A stretch of 64,000 nucleotides of DNA. It comes from Eledone cirrhosa. Its lineage: Eukaryota. Both the position numbers and the translations under genes were made by a program. The DNA is taken from contig OZ024750.1 of NCBI GenBank assembly GCA_964016885.1, positions 38,254,001 to 38,318,000 on the forward strand, written 5' to 3'. The notes under the pieces were generated by a model that saw only the letters and a list, made by a program, of their open reading frames with translations, had not been told where the DNA came from and ran no database searches. Below, piece after piece: positions 13,871 to 30,315 of the stretch; position 1 is the stretch's first letter, and each line of letters starts with the position of its first letter.

Positions 13871-16800
13871 TATGACTAACCTGTACACTGTATATGATGT
13901 ACCATGAAGCTATGACTAACATGTACACTGTATGCGATGTACCATGAGGGCTATGACTAACCTGCACACTGTATGTGATGTACCATGAAGCTATGACTAA
14001 CCTGTACACTGTATGTGATGTACCATGAAGCTATGACTAACCTATACACTGTATGTGATGTACCATGAAGCTATGGCTAACCTGTACACTGTATGTGATG
14101 TACCATGAAGGTATGGCTAACCTGTACACTGTATGTGATGTACCATGAAGCTATGACTAACCTGTACACTGTATGTGATGTACCATGAAGCTATGGCTAA
14201 CCTGTACACTGTATGTGATGTACCATGAAGCTATGACTAACCTATACACTGTATGTGATGTACAATGCAGCTAAGACTAACCTGTACACTGTATGTGATG
14301 TACCATGAAGCTATGGCTAACCTGTACACTGTATGTGATGTATCTTGAAGCTATGGCTAACCTGTACACTGTATGTGATGTACCATGAAGTTATAGCTAA
14401 CCTGTACACTGTATGTGATGTACTATGAAGCTATGACTAATCTGTAAACTGTATGTGATATACCATGAAGCTATGACTAATCTGTACACTGTATGTGATG
14501 TAACATGAAGCTATAGCTAACCTGTACACTGTATGTGATGTACCATGAAGCTTTGACTAACCTATACACTGTATGTGATGTACCATGAAGCTATAGCTAA
14601 CCTGTACACTGTATGTGATGTACCATGAAGTTATAGCTAACCTGTACACTGTATGTGATGTACCATGAAGCTATGACTAATCTGTACACTGTATGTGATG
14701 TACCATGAAGCTATAGCTAACCTGTACACTGTATGTGATGTAACATGAAGCTATAGCTAACCTGTACACTGTATGTGATGTACCATGAAGCTATGACTAA
14801 CCTGTACACTGTATGTGATGTACCATGAAGCTATAGCTAACCTATACACTGTATGTGATGTACCATGAAGCTATGACAAACCTGTACACTGTATGTGATG
14901 TACCATGAAGCTATGACTAACCTATACACTGTATGTGATGTACCATGAAGCTATGACTAACCTGTACACTGTATGTGATGTACCATGAAGCTATGACTAA
15001 CATGTACACTGTATGTGATGTACCATGAAGCTATGACTAAACTGTACGCTGTATGTGATGTACCATGAAGCTATGGCTAACCTGTACACTGTATGTGATG
15101 TACCATGAAGCTATGACTAACCTGTACACTGTATGTGATGTACCATGAAGCTATGACTAACCCGTACACTGTATGTGATGTACCATGAAGCTATGGCTAA
15201 CCTGTACACTGTATGTGATGTACCATGAAGCTATGGCTAACCTGTACACTGTATGTGATGTACCATGAAGGTATGGCTAACCTGTACACTGTATGTGATG
15301 TACCATGAAGCTATGACTAACCTATACACTGTATGTGATGTACCATGAAGCTATGACTAACCTGTACACCGTATGTGATGTACCATGAAGCTATGGCTAA
15401 CCTGTACACTATTTGTGATGTACCATGAAGCTATGGCTAACCTGTACACTGTTTGTGATGTACCATGAAGCTATGGCTAACCTGTACACTGTATGTGATG
15501 TACCATGAAGTTATAGCTAACCTGTACACTGTATGTGATGTAACATGAAGCTATAGCTAACCTGTACACTGTATGTGATGTACCATGAAGCTATGACTAA
15601 CCTGTACACTGTATGTGATGTACCATGAAGCTATAGCTAACCTATACACTGTATGTGATGTACCATGAAGCTATGACAAACCTGTACACTGTATGTGATG
15701 TACCATGAAGCTATGACTAACCTATACACTGTATGTGATGTACCATGAAGCTATGCCTAACCTGTACACTGTATGTGATGTACCATGAAGCTATGACTAA
15801 CATGTACACTGTATGTGATGTACCATGAAGCTATGACTAAACTGTACACTGTATGTGATGTACCATGAAGCTATGGCTAACCTGTACACTGTATGTGATG
15901 TACCATGAAGCTATGGCTAACCTGTACACTGTATGTGATGTACCATGAAGCTATGACTAACCTATACACTGTATGTGATGTACCATGAAGCCATGACTAA
16001 CCCGTACACTGTATGTGATGTACCATGAAGCTATGGCAAACCTGTACACTGTATGTGATGTTCCATGAAACTATGGCTAACCTGTACACTGTATGTGATG
16101 TACCATGAAGCTATGGCTAACCTGTACACTGTATGTGATGTACCATGAAGCTATGACTAACCTATACACTGTATGTGATGTACCATGAAGCTATGACTAA
16201 CCTGTACACTGTATGTGATGTAACATGAAGCTATGGCTATCCTGTACACTGTTTGTGATGTACCATGAAGCTATGGCTAACCTGTACACTGTATGTGATG
16301 TACCATGAAGTTATAGCTAACCTGTACACTGTATGTGATGTACCATGAAGCTATGACTAATCTATACACTGTATGTGATGTACCATGAAGCTATAGCTAA
16401 CCTGTACACTGTATGTGATGTACCATGAAGCTATGACTAACCTGTACACTGTATGTGATGTACCATGAAGCTATGACTAACCTGTACACTGTATGTGATG
16501 TAACATGAAGTTATGACTAACATGTACACTCTATGTGATGTACCATGAAGCTATGGCTAACCTGTACACTGTATGTGATGTACCATGAAGCTATGACTAA
16601 CCTGTACACTGTATGTGATGTACCATGAAGCTATGACTAACCTGTACACTGTATGTGATGTACCATGAAGTTATGACTAACATGTACACTGTATGTGATG
16701 TACCATGAAGCTATGACTAACCTGTACACTGTATGTGATGTACCATGAAGCTATGACTAACCTATACACTGTATGTGATGTACCATGAAGCTATGACTAA

Positions 16801-17094
16801 CCTGTACACCGTATGTGATGTACCATGAAGCTATGACTAACCTATACACAGTATGTGATGTACCATGAAGCTATGACTAACCTGTACACTGTATGTGATG
16901 TACCATGAAGCTATGACTAACCTATACACTGTATGTGATGTACCATGCAGCTATGACTAACCTGTACACTGTATGTGATGTACCATGAAGCTATGGCTAA
17001 CCTGTACACTGTATGTGATGTACCATGAAGCTATGGCTAACCTGTACACTGTAAGTGATGTACCATGAAGTTTTAGCTAACCTGTACACTGTAC

Positions 17095-20000
17095 GTGATG
17101 TAATATGAAGCTATGACTAATCTGTACACTGTATGTGATGTACCATGAAGCTATGACTAATCTGTACACTGTATGTGATGTAACATGAAGCTATAGCTAA
17201 CCTGTACACTGTATGTGATGTACCATGAAGCTATGACTAACCTATACACTGTATGTGATGTACCATGAAGCTATAGCTAACCTGTACACTGTATGTGATG
17301 TACCATGAAGTTATAGCTAACCTGTACACTGTATGTGATGTACCATGAAGCTATGACTAATCTGTACACTGTATGTGATGTACCATGAAGCTTTAGCTAA
17401 CCTGTACACTGTATGTGATGTACCATGAAGCTATGACTAACCTGTACACTGTATGTGATGTACCATGAAGCTATGACTAACCTGTACACTGTATGTGATG
17501 TAACATGAAGCTATAGCTAACCTGTACACTGTATGTGATGTACCATGAAGCTATGACTAACCTGTACACTGTATGTGATGTACCATGAAGCTATAGCTAA
17601 CCTATACACTGTATGTGATGTACCATGAAACTATGACTAACCTGTACACTGTATGTGATGTACCATGAAGCTATGGCTAATCTGTACACTGTATGTGATG
17701 TAACATGAAGCTATAGCTAACCTGTACACTGTATGTGATGTACCATGAAGCTATGACTAACCTGTACACTGTATGTGATGTACCATGAAGCTATGGCTAA
17801 CCTGTACACTGTATGTGATGTACCATGAAGCTATGACTAACCTATACACTGTATGTGATGTACCATGAAGCTATGACTAACCCGTATACTGTATGTGATG
17901 TACCATGAAGCTATGGCTAACCTGTACACTGTATGTGATGTACCATGAAGTTATAGCTAACCTGTACACTGTATGTGATGTACTATGAAGCTATGACTAA
18001 TCTGTACACTGTATGTGATATATAATGAAGCTATGACTAATCTGTACACTGTATGTGATGTAACATGAAGCTATAGCTAACCTGTACACTGTATGTGATG
18101 TACCATGAAGTTATAGCTAACCTGTACACTGTATGTGATGTACCATGAAGCTGTGACTAATCTGTACACTGTATGTGATGTACCATGAAGCTATAGCTAA
18201 CCTGTACAATGTATGTGATGTAACATGAAGCTATAGCTAACCTGTACACTGTATGTGATGTACCATGAAGCTATGACTAACCTGTACACTGTATGTGATG
18301 TACCATGTAGTTATAGCTAACCTGTACTCTGTATGTGATGTACCATGAAGCTATGACTAATCTGTACACTGTATGTGATGTACCATGAAGCTATAGCTAA
18401 CCTGTACACTGTATGTGATGTAACATGAAGCTATAGCTAACCTGTACACTGTATGTGATGTACCATGAAGCTATGACTAACCTGTACACTGTATGTGATG
18501 TACCATGAAGCTATAGCTAACCTATACACTGTATGTGATGTACCATGAAGCTATGACAAACCTGTACACTCTATGTGATGTACCATGAAGCTATGACTAA
18601 CCTATACACTGTATGTGATGTACCATGAAGCCATGACTAACCTGTACACTGTATGTGATGTACCATGAAGCTATGACTAACATGTACACTGTATGTGATG
18701 TACCATGAAGCTATGACTAAACTGTACACTGTATGTGATGTACCATGAAGCTATGGCTAACCTGTACACTGTATGTGATGTACCATGAAGCTATGGCTAA
18801 CCTGTACACTGTATGTGATGTACCATGAAGCTATGACTAACCTGTACACTGTATGTGATGTAATATGAAGCTATGACTAATCTGTACACTGTATGTGATG
18901 TACCATGAAGCTATGACTAATCTGTACACTGTATGTGATGTAACATGAAGCTATAGCTAACCTGTACACTGTATGTGATGTACCATGAAGCTATGACTAA
19001 CCTATACACTGTATGTGATGTACCATGAAGCTATAGCTAACCTGTACACTGTATGTGATGTACCATGAAGTTATAGCTAACCTGTACACTGTATGTGATG
19101 TACCATGAAGCTATGACTAATCTGTACACTGTATGTGATGTACCATGAAGCTTTAGCTAACCTGTACACTGTATGTGATGTACCATGAAGCTATGACTAA
19201 CCTGTACACTGTATGTGATGTACCATGAAGCTATGACTAACCTGTACACTGTATGTGATGTAACATGAAGCTATAGCTAACCTGTACACTGTATGTGATG
19301 TACCATGAAGCTATGACTAACCTGTACACTGTATGTGATGTACCATGAAGCTATAGCTAACCTATACACTGTATGTGATGTACCATGAAACTATGACTAA
19401 CCTGTACACTGTATGTGATGTACCATGAAGCTATGGCTAATCTGTACACTGTATGTGATGTAACATGAAGCTATAGCTAACCTGTACACTGTATGTGATG
19501 TACCATGAAGCTATGACTAACCTGTACACTGTATGTGATGTACCATGAAGCTATGGCTAACCTGTACACTGTATGTGATGTACCATGAAGCTATGACTAA
19601 CCTATACACTGTATGTGATGTACCATGAAGCTATGACTAACCCGTATACTGTATGTGATGTACCATGAAGCTATGGCTAACCTGTACACTGTATGTTATG
19701 TACCATGAAGCTATGGCTAACCTGTACACTGTATGTGATGTACCATGAAGTTATAGCTAACCTGTACACTGTATGTGATGTACTATGAAGCTATGACTAA
19801 TCTGTACACTGTATGTGATATATAATGAAGCTATGACTAATCTGTACACTGTATGTGATGTAACATGAAGCTATAGCTAACCTGTACACTGTATGTGATG
19901 TACCATGAAGTTATAGCTAACCTGTACACTATGTGATGTACCATGAAGCTGTGACTAATCTGTACACTGTATGTGATGTACCATGAAGCTATAGCTAACC

Positions 20001-20641
20001 TGTACAATGTATGTGATGTAACATGAAGCTATAGCTAACCTGTACACTGTATGTGATGTACCATGAAGCTATGACTAACCTGTACACTGTATGTGATGTA
20101 CCATGAAGTTATAGCTAACCTGTACTCTGTATGTGATGTACCATGAAGCTATGACTAATCTGTACACTGTATGTGATGTACCATGAAGCTATAGCTAACC
20201 TGTACACTGTATGTGATGTAACATGAAGCTATAGCTAACCTGTACACTGTATGTGATGTACCATGAAGCTATGACTAACCTGTACACTGTATGTGATGTA
20301 CCATGAAGCTATAGCTAACCTATACACTGTATGTGATGTACCATGAAGCTATGACAAACCTGTACACTCTATGTGATGTACCATGAAGCTATGACTAACC
20401 TATACACTGTATGTGATGTACCATGAAGCTATGACTAACCTGTACACTGTATGTGATGTACCATGAAGCTATGACTAACATGTACACTGTATGTGATGTA
20501 CCATGAAGCTATGACTAAACTGTACACTGTATGTGATGTACCATGAAGCTATGGCTAACCTGTACACTGTATGTGATGTACCATGAAGCTATGGCTAACC
20601 TGTACACTGTATGTGATGTACCATGAAGCTATGACTAACCT
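17095..20641 (+). repeat. Tandem higher-order duplication, unit about 1,760-1,800 bp (44-45 monomers), 2 copies
   Basis: taatatgaag (17101/18861), ctttagct (17391/19151) and cccgtatact (17881/19641) are at offset 1,760. gatatataatg is at offset 1,800 after one extra monomer. tgtactctgt (18323/20121) is at offset 1,798 after a 2-bp deletion near 19931. Confidence 0.9.
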
Positions 20642-21899
20642 ATACACTGTATGTGATGTACCATGAAGCTATGACTAACCCGTACACTGTATGTGATGTA
20701 CCATGAAGCTATGGATAACCTGTACACTGTATGTGATGTACCATGAAGCTATGGCTAACCTGTACATTGTATGTGATGTACCATGAAGCTATGGCTAACC
20801 TGTACACTGTATGTGATGTACCATGAAGCTATGACTAACCTATACAATGTATGTGATGTACCATGAAGCTATGACTAACCTGTACACTCTATGTGATGTA
20901 CCATGAGCTATGGCTAACCTGTACACTGTTTGTAATGTACCATGAAGCTATGGCTAACCTGTACACTGTTTGTGATGTACCATGAAGTTATAGCTAACCT
21001 GTACACTGTATGTGATGTAACATGAAGCTATAGCTAACCTGTACACTGTATGTGATGTACCATGAAGCTATGACTAACCTGTACACTGTATGTGATGTAC
21101 CATGAAGCTATAGCTAACCTATACACTGTATGTGATGTACCATGAAGCTATGACAAACCTGTACACTGTATGTGATGTACCATGAAGCTATGACTAACCT
21201 ATACACTGTATGTGATGTACCATGAAGCTATGACTAACCCGTACACTGTATGTGATGTACCATGAAGCTATGGCTAACCTGTACACTGTATGTGATGTAC
21301 CATGAAGTTATAGCTAACCTGTACACTGTATGTGATGTAACATGAAGCTATAGCTAACCTGTACACTGTATGTGATGTACCATGAAGCTATGACTAACCT
21401 GTACACTGTATGTGATGTACCATGAAGCTATAGCTAACCTATACACTGTATGTGATGTACCATGAAGCTATGACAAACCTGTACACTGTATGTGATGTAC
21501 CATGAAGCTATGACTAACCTATACACTGTATGTGATGTACCATGAAGCTATGACTAACCTGTACACTGTATGTGATGTACCATGAAGCTATGACTAACAT
21601 GTACACTGTATGTGATGTACCATGAAGCTATGGCTAACCTGTACACTGTATGTGATGTACCATGAAGCTATGACTAACCTGTACACTGTATGTGATGTAC
21701 CATGAAGCTATGGCTAACCTGTACACTGTATGTGATGTACCATGAAGCTATGGCTAACCTGTACACTGTATGTGATGTACCATGAAGCTATGACTAACCT
21801 ATACACTGTATGTGATGTACCATGAAGCTATGACTAACCCGTACACTGTATGTGATGTACCATGAAGCTATGGCTAACCTGTACACTGTATGTGATGTA

Positions 21900-24800
21900 C
21901 CATGAAGCTATGGCTAACCTGTACACTGTATGTGATGTACCATGAAGCTATGACTAACCTATACACTGTATGTGATGTACCATGAAGCTATGACTAACCC
22001 GTACACTGTATGTGATGTACCATGAAGCTATGGCTAACCTGTACACTGTATGTGATGTACCATGAAGCTATGGCTAACCTGTACACTGTATGTGATGTAC
22101 CATGAAGCTATGGCTAACCTGTACACTGTATGTGATGTACCATGAAGCTATGACTAACCTATACACTGTATGTGATGTACCATGAAGCTATGACTAACCT
22201 GTACACTGTATGTGATGTAACATGAAGCTATGGCTAACCTGTACACTGTTTGTGATGTACCATGAAGCTAGGGCTAACCTGTACACTGTATGTGATGTAC
22301 CATGAAGTTATAGCTAACCTGTACACAGTATGTGATGTACCATGAAGCTATGACTAATCTATACACTGTATGTGATGTACCATGAAGCTATAGCTAACCT
22401 GTACACTGTATGTGATGTACCATGAAGCTATGACTAACCTGTACACTGTATGTGATGTACCATGAAGCTATGACTAACCTGTACACTGTATGTGATGTAA
22501 CATGAAGTTATGACTAACATGTACACTGTATGTGATGTACCATGAAGCTATGGCTAACCTGTACACTGTATGTGATGTACCATGAAGCTATGACTAACCT
22601 GTACACTGTATGTGATGTACCATGAAGCTATGACTAACCTGTACACTGTATGTGATGTACCATGAAGCTATAGCTAACCTATACACTGTATGTGATGTAC
22701 CATGAAGCTATGACAAACCTGTACACTGTATGTGATGTACCATGAAGCTATGACTAACCTATACACTGTATGTGATGTACCATGAAGCTATGACTAACCT
22801 GTACACTGTATGTGATGTACCATGAAGCTATGACTAACATGTACACTGTATGTGATGTACCATGAAGCTATGACTAAACTGTACACTGTATGTGATGTAC
22901 CATGAAGCTATGGCTAACCTGTACACCGTATGTGATGTACCATGAAGCTATGACTAACCTATACACAGTATGTGATGTACCATGAAGCTATGACTAACCT
23001 GTACACTGTATTTGATGTACCATGAAGCTATGACTAACCTATACACTGTATGTGATGTACCATGCAGCTATGACTAACCTGTACACTGTATGTGATGTAC
23101 CATGAAGCTATGGCTAACCTGTACACTGTATGTGATGTACCACGAAGCTATGGCTAACCTGTACACTGTATGTGATGTACCATGAAGTTTTAGCTAACCT
23201 GTACACTGTACGTGATGTACTATGAAGCTATGACTAATCTGTACACTGTATGTGATGTACCATGAAGCTATGACTAATCTGTACACTGTATGTGATATAA
23301 CATGAAGCTATAGCTAACCTGTACACTGTATGTGATGTACCATGAAGCTATGACTAACCTATACACTGTATGTGATGTACCATGAAGCTATAGCTAACCT
23401 GTACACTGTATGTGATGTACCATGAAGTTATAGCTAACCTGTACACTGTATGTGATGTACCATGAAGCTATGACTAATCTGTACACTGTATATGATGTAC
23501 CATGAAGCTATAGCTAACCTGTACACTGTATGTGATGTACCATGAAGCTATGACTAACCTGTACACTGTATGTGATGTACCATGAAGCTATGACTAACCT
23601 GTACACTGTATGTGATGTAACATGAAGCTATAGCTAACCTGTACACTGTATGTGATGTACCATGAAGCTATGACTAACCTGTACACTGTATGTGATGTAC
23701 CATGAAGCTATAGCTAACCTATACACTGTATGTGATGTACCATGAAACTATGACTAACCTGTACACTGTATGTGATGTACCATGAAGCTATGGCTAATCT
23801 GTACACTGTATGTGATGTAACATGAAGCTATAGCTAACCTGTACACTGTATGTGAAGTACCATGAAGCTATGACTAACCTGTACACTGTATGTGATGTAC
23901 CATGAAGCTATGGCTAACCTGTACACTGTATGTGATGTACCATGAAGCTATGACTAACCTATACACTGTATGTGATGTACCATGAAGCTATGACTAACCC
24001 GTACACTGTATGTGATGTACCATGAAGCTATGGCTAACCTGTACACTGTATGTGATGTACCATGAAGTTATAGCTAACATGTACACTGTATGTGATGTAC
24101 CATGAAGCTATGACTAAACTGTACACTGTATGTGATGTACCATGAAGCTATGACTAACCTATACAATGTATGTGATGTACCATGAAGCTATGACTAACCT
24201 GTACACTCTATGTGATGTACCATGAGCTATGGCTAACCTGTACACTGTTTGTGATGTACCATGAAGCTATGGCTAACCTGTACACTGTTTGTGATGTACC
24301 ATGAAGCTATGGCTAACCTGTACACTGTATGTGATGTACCATGAAGTTATAGCTAACCTGTACACTGTATGTGATGTAACATGAAGCTATAGCTAACCTG
24401 TACACTGTATGTGATGTACCATGAAGCTATGACTAACCTGTACACTGTATGTGATGTACCATGAAGCTATAGCTAACCTATACACTGTATGTGATGTACC
24501 ATGAAGCTATGACAAACCTGTACACTGTATGTGATGTACCATGAAGCTATGACTAACCTATACACTGTATGTGATGTACCATGAAGCTATGACTAACCTG
24601 TACACTGTATGTGATGTACCATGAAGCTATGACTAGCATGTACACTGTATGTGATGTACCATGAAGCTATGACTAAACTGTACACTGTATGTGATGTACC
24701 ATGAAGCTATGGCTAACCTGTACACTGTATGTGATGTACCATGAAGCTATGGCTAACCTGTACACTGTATGTGATGTACCATGAAGCTATGACTAAACTA

Positions 24801-26990
24801 TACACTGTATGTGATGTACCATGAAGCTATGACTAACCCGTACACTGTATGTGATGTACCATGAAGCTATGGCTAACCTGTACACTGTATGTGATGTACC
24901 ATGAAGCTATGGCTAACCTGTACACTGTATGTGATGTACCATGAAGCTATGGCTAACCTGTACACTGTATGTGATGTACCATGAAGCTATGACTAACCTA
25001 TACACTGTATGTGATGTACCATGAAGCTATGACTAACCTGTACACTGTATGTGATGTAACATGAAGCTATGGCTAACCTGTACACTGTTTGTGATGTACC
25101 ATGAAGCTAGGGCTAACCTGTACACTGTATGTGATGTACCATGAAGTTATAGCTAACCTGTACACAGTATGTGATGTACCATGAAGCTATGACTAATCTA
25201 TACACTGTATGTGATGTACCATGAAGCTATAGCTAACCTGTACACTGTATGTGATGTACCATGAAGCTATGACTAACCTGTACACTGTATGTGATGTACC
25301 ATGAAGCTATGACTAACCTGTACACTGTATGTGATGTAACATGAAGTTATGACTAACATGTACACTGTATGTGATGTACCATGAAGCTATGGCTAACCTG
25401 TACACTGTATGTGATGTACCATGAAGCTTTGACTAACCTGTACACTGTATGTGATGTACCATGAAGCTATGACTAACCTGTACACTGTATGTGATGTACC
25501 ATGAAGCTATAGCTAACCTATACACTGTATGTGATGTACCATGAAGCTATGACAAACCTGTACACTGTATGTGATGTACCATGAAGCTATGACTAACCTA
25601 TACACTGTATGTGATGTACCATGAAGCTATGACTAACCTGTACACTGTATGTGATGTACCATGAAGCTATGACTAACATGTACACTGTATGTGATGTACC
25701 ATGAAGCTATGACTAAACTGTACACTGTATGTGATGTACCATGAAGCTATGGCTAACCTGTACACCGTATGTGATGTACCATGAAGCTATGACTAACCTA
25801 TACACAGTATGTGATGTACCATGAAGCTATGACTAACCTGTACACTGTATTTGATGTACCATGAAGCTATGACTAACCTACACACTGTATGTGATGTACC
25901 ATGCAGCTATGACTAACCTGTACACTGTATGTGATGTACCATGAAGCTATGGCTAACCTGTACACTGTATGTGATGTACCACGAAGCTATGGCTAACCTG
26001 TACACTGTATGTGATGTACCATGAAGTTTTAGCTAACCTGTACACTGTACGTGATGTACTATGAAGCTATGACTAATCTGTACACTGTATGTGATGTACC
26101 ATGAAGCTATGACTAATCTGTACACTGTATGTGATGTAACATGAAGCTATAGCTAACCTGTACACTGTATGTGATGTACCATGAAGCTATGACTAACCTA
26201 TACACTGTATATTGATGTACCATGAAGCTATAGCTAACCTGTACACTGTATGTGATGTACCATGAAGCTATAGCTAACCTGTACACTGTATGTGATGTAC
26301 CATGAAGCTATGACTAATCTGTACACTGTATGTGATGTACCATGAAGCTATAGCTAACCTGTACACTGTATGTGATGTACCATGAAGCTATGACTAATCT
26401 GTACACTGTATGTGATGTACCATGAAGCTATGACTAACCTGTACACTGTATGTGATGTAACATGAAGCTATAGCTAACCTGTACACTGTATGTGATGTAC
26501 CATGAAGCTATGACTAACCTGTACACTGTATGTGATGTACCATGAAGCTATAGCTAACCTATACACTGTATGTGATGTACCATGAAACTATGACTAACCT
26601 GTACACTGTATGTGATGTACCATGAAGCTATGGCTAATCTGTACACTGTATGTGATGTAACATGAAGCTATAGCTAACCTGTACACTGTATGTGATGTAC
26701 CATGAAGCTATGACTAACCTGTACACTGTATGTGATGTACCATGAAGCTATGGCTAACCTGTACACTGTATGTGATGTACCATGAAGCTATGACTAACCT
26801 ATACACTGTATGTGATGTACCATGAAGCTATGACTAACCCGTACACTGTATGTGATGTACCATGAAGCTATGGCTAACCTGTACACTGTATGTGATGTAC
26901 CATGAAGTTATAGCTAACATGTACACTGTATGTGATGTACCATGAAGCTATGACTAAACTGTACACTGTATGTGATGTACCATGAAGCTA
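21900..26990 (+). repeat. Higher-order duplication, offset 2,839-2,840 bp (71 monomers), 2 copies
   Basis: ctagggct (22271/25110), tatttgatg (23011/25850), ccacgaag (23141/25980), gaagttatagctaacat (24061/26901). Confidence 0.85.
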
Positions 26991-29900
26991 TGGCTAACCT
27001 GTACACTGTATGTGATGTACCATGAAGCTATGGCTAACCTGTACACTGTATGTGATGTACCATGAAGCTATGACTAACCTATACACTGTATGTGATGTAC
27101 CATGAAGCTATGACTAACCCGTACACTGTATGTGATGTACCATGAAGCTATGGCTAACCTGTACACTGTATGTGATGTACCATGAAGCTATGGCTAACCT
27201 GTACACTGTATGTGATGTACCATGAAGCTATGGCTAACCTGTACACTGTATGTGATGTACCATGAAGCTATGACTAACCTATACACTCTATGTGATGTAC
27301 CATGAAGCTATGACTAACCTGTACACTGTATGTGATGTACCATGAAGCTATGGCTAACCTGTACACTGTTTGTGATGTACCATGAAGCTATGGCTAACCT
27401 GTACACTGTATGTGATGTACCATGAAGTTATAGCTAAACTGTACACTGTATGTGATGTACCATGAAGCTATGACTAATCTATACACTGTATGTGATGTAC
27501 CATGAAGCTATAGCTAACCTGTACACTGTATGTGATGTACCATGAAGCTATGACTAACCTGTACACTGTATGTGATGTACCATGAAGCTATGGCTAACCT
27601 GTACACTGTTTGTGATGTACCATGCAGCTATGGCTAACCTGTACACTGTATGTGATGTACCATGAAGTTATAGCTAACCTGTACACTGTATGTGATGTAA
27701 CATGAAGCTATAGCTAACCTGTACACTGTATGTGATGTACCATGAAGCTATGACTAACCTGTACACTGTATGTGATGTACCATGAAGCTATAGCTAACCT
27801 ATACACTGTATGTGATGTACCATGAAGCTATGACTAACCTGTACACTGTATGTGATGTAACATGAAGTTATGACTAACATGTACACTGTATGTGATGTAC
27901 CATGAAGCTATGGCTAACCTGTACACTGTATGTGATGTACCATGAAGCTATGACTAACCTGTACACTGTATGTGATGTACCATGAAGCTATAGCTAACCT
28001 ATACACTGTATGTGATGTACCATGAAGCTATGACAAACCTGTACACTGTATGTGATGTACCATGAAGCTATGACTAATCTATACACTGTATGTGATGTAC
28101 CATGAAGCTATGACTAACCTGTACACTGTATGTGATGTACCATGAAGCTATGACTAACATGTACACTGTATGTGATGTACCATGAAGCTATGACTAAACT
28201 GTACACTGTATGTGATGTACCATGAAGCTATGGCTAACCTGTACATCGTATGTGATGTACCATGAAGCTATGACTAACCTATACACAGTATGTGATGTAC
28301 CATGAAGCTATGACTAACCTGTACACTGTATTTGATGTACCATGAAGCTATGACTAACCTACACACTGTATGTGATGTACCATGCAGCTATGACTAACCT
28401 GTACACTGTATGTGATGTACCATGAAGCTATGGCTAACCTGTACACTGTATGTGATGTACCCCGAAGCTATGGCTAACCTGTACACTGTATGTGATGTAC
28501 CATGAAGTTTTAGCTAACCTGTACACTGTACGTGATGTACTATGAAGCTATGACTAATCTGTACACTGTATGTGATGTACCATGAAGCTATGACTAATCT
28601 GTACACTGTATGTGATGTAACATGAAGCTATAGCTAACCTGTACACTGTATGTGATGTACCATGAAGCTATGACTAACCTATACACTGTATATTGATGTA
28701 CCATGAAGCTATAGCTAACCTGTACACTGTATGTGATGTACCATGAAGCTATAGCTAACCTGTACACTGTATGTGATGTACCATGAAGCTATGACTAATC
28801 TGTACACTGTATGTGATGTACCATGAAGCTATAGCTAACCTGTACACTGTATGTGATGTACCATGAAGCTATGACTAACCTGTACACTGTATGTGATGTA
28901 CCATGAAGCTATGACTAACCTGTACACTGTATGTGATGTAACATGAAGCTATAGCTAACCTGTACACTGTATGTGATGTACCATGAAGCTATGACTAACC
29001 TGTACACTGTATGTGATGTACCATGAAGCTATAGCTAACCTATACACTGTATGTGATGTACCATGAAACTATGACTAACCTGTACACTGTATGTGATGTA
29101 CCATGAAGCTATGGCTAATCTGTACACTGTATGTGATGTAACATGAAGCTATAGCTAACCTGTACACTGTATGTGATGTACCATGAAGCTATGACTAACC
29201 TGTACACTGTATGTGATGTACCATGAAGCTATGGCTAACCTGTACACTGTATGTGATGTACCATGAAGCTATGACTAACCTATACACTGTATGTGATGTA
29301 CCATGAAGCTATGACTAACCCGTACACTGTATGTGATGTACCATGAAGCTATGGCTAACCTGTACACTGTATGTGATGTACCATGAAGTTATAGCTAACA
29401 TGTACACTGTATGTGATGTACCATGAAGCTATGACTAAACTGTACACTGTATGTGATGTACCATGAAGCTATGGCTAACCTGTACACTGTATGTGATGTA
29501 CCATGAAGCTATGGCTAACCTGTACACTGTATGTGATGTACCATGAAGCTATGACTAACCTATACACTGTATGTGATGTACCATGAAGCTATGACTAACC
29601 CGTACACTGTATGTGATGTACCATGAAGCTATGGCTAACCTGTACACTGTATGTGATGTACCATGAAGCTATGGCTAACCTGTACACTGTATGTGATGTA
29701 CCATGAAGCTATGGCTAACCTGTACACTGTATGTGATGTACCATGAAGCTATGACTAACCTATACACTCTATGTGATGTACCATGAAGCTATGACTAACC
29801 TGTACACTGTATGTGATGTACCATGAAGCTATGGCTAACCTGTACACTGTTTGTGATGTACCATGAAGCTATGGCTAACCTGTACACTGTATGTGATGTA

Positions 29901-30315
29901 CCATGAAGTTATAGCTAAACTGTACACTGTATGTGATGTACCATGAAGCTATGACTAATCTATACACTGTATGTGATGTACCATGAAGCTATAGCTAACC
30001 TGTACACTGTATGTGATGTACCATGAAGCTATGACTAACCTGTACACTGTATGTGATGTACCATGAAGCTATGGCTAACCTGTACACTGTTTGTGATGTA
30101 CCATGCAGCTATGGCTAACCTGTACACTGTATGTGATGTACCATGAAGTTATAGCTAACCTGTACACTGTATGTGATGTAACATGAAGCTATAGCTAACC
30201 TGTACACTGTATGTGATGTACCATGAAGCTATGACTAACCTGTACACTGTATGTGATGTACCATGAAGCTATAGCTAACCTATACACTGTATGTGATGTA
30301 CCATGAAGCTATGAC
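25300..30315 (+). repeat. Tandem higher-order duplication, unit about 2,481 bp (62 monomers +1 bp), 2 copies; overlaps the neighbouring duplications
   Basis: cctacacac (25881/28362), the +1 insertion tatattgatg (26211/28692) and tatacactct (27281/29762) are all at offset 2,481. Confidence 0.88.
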
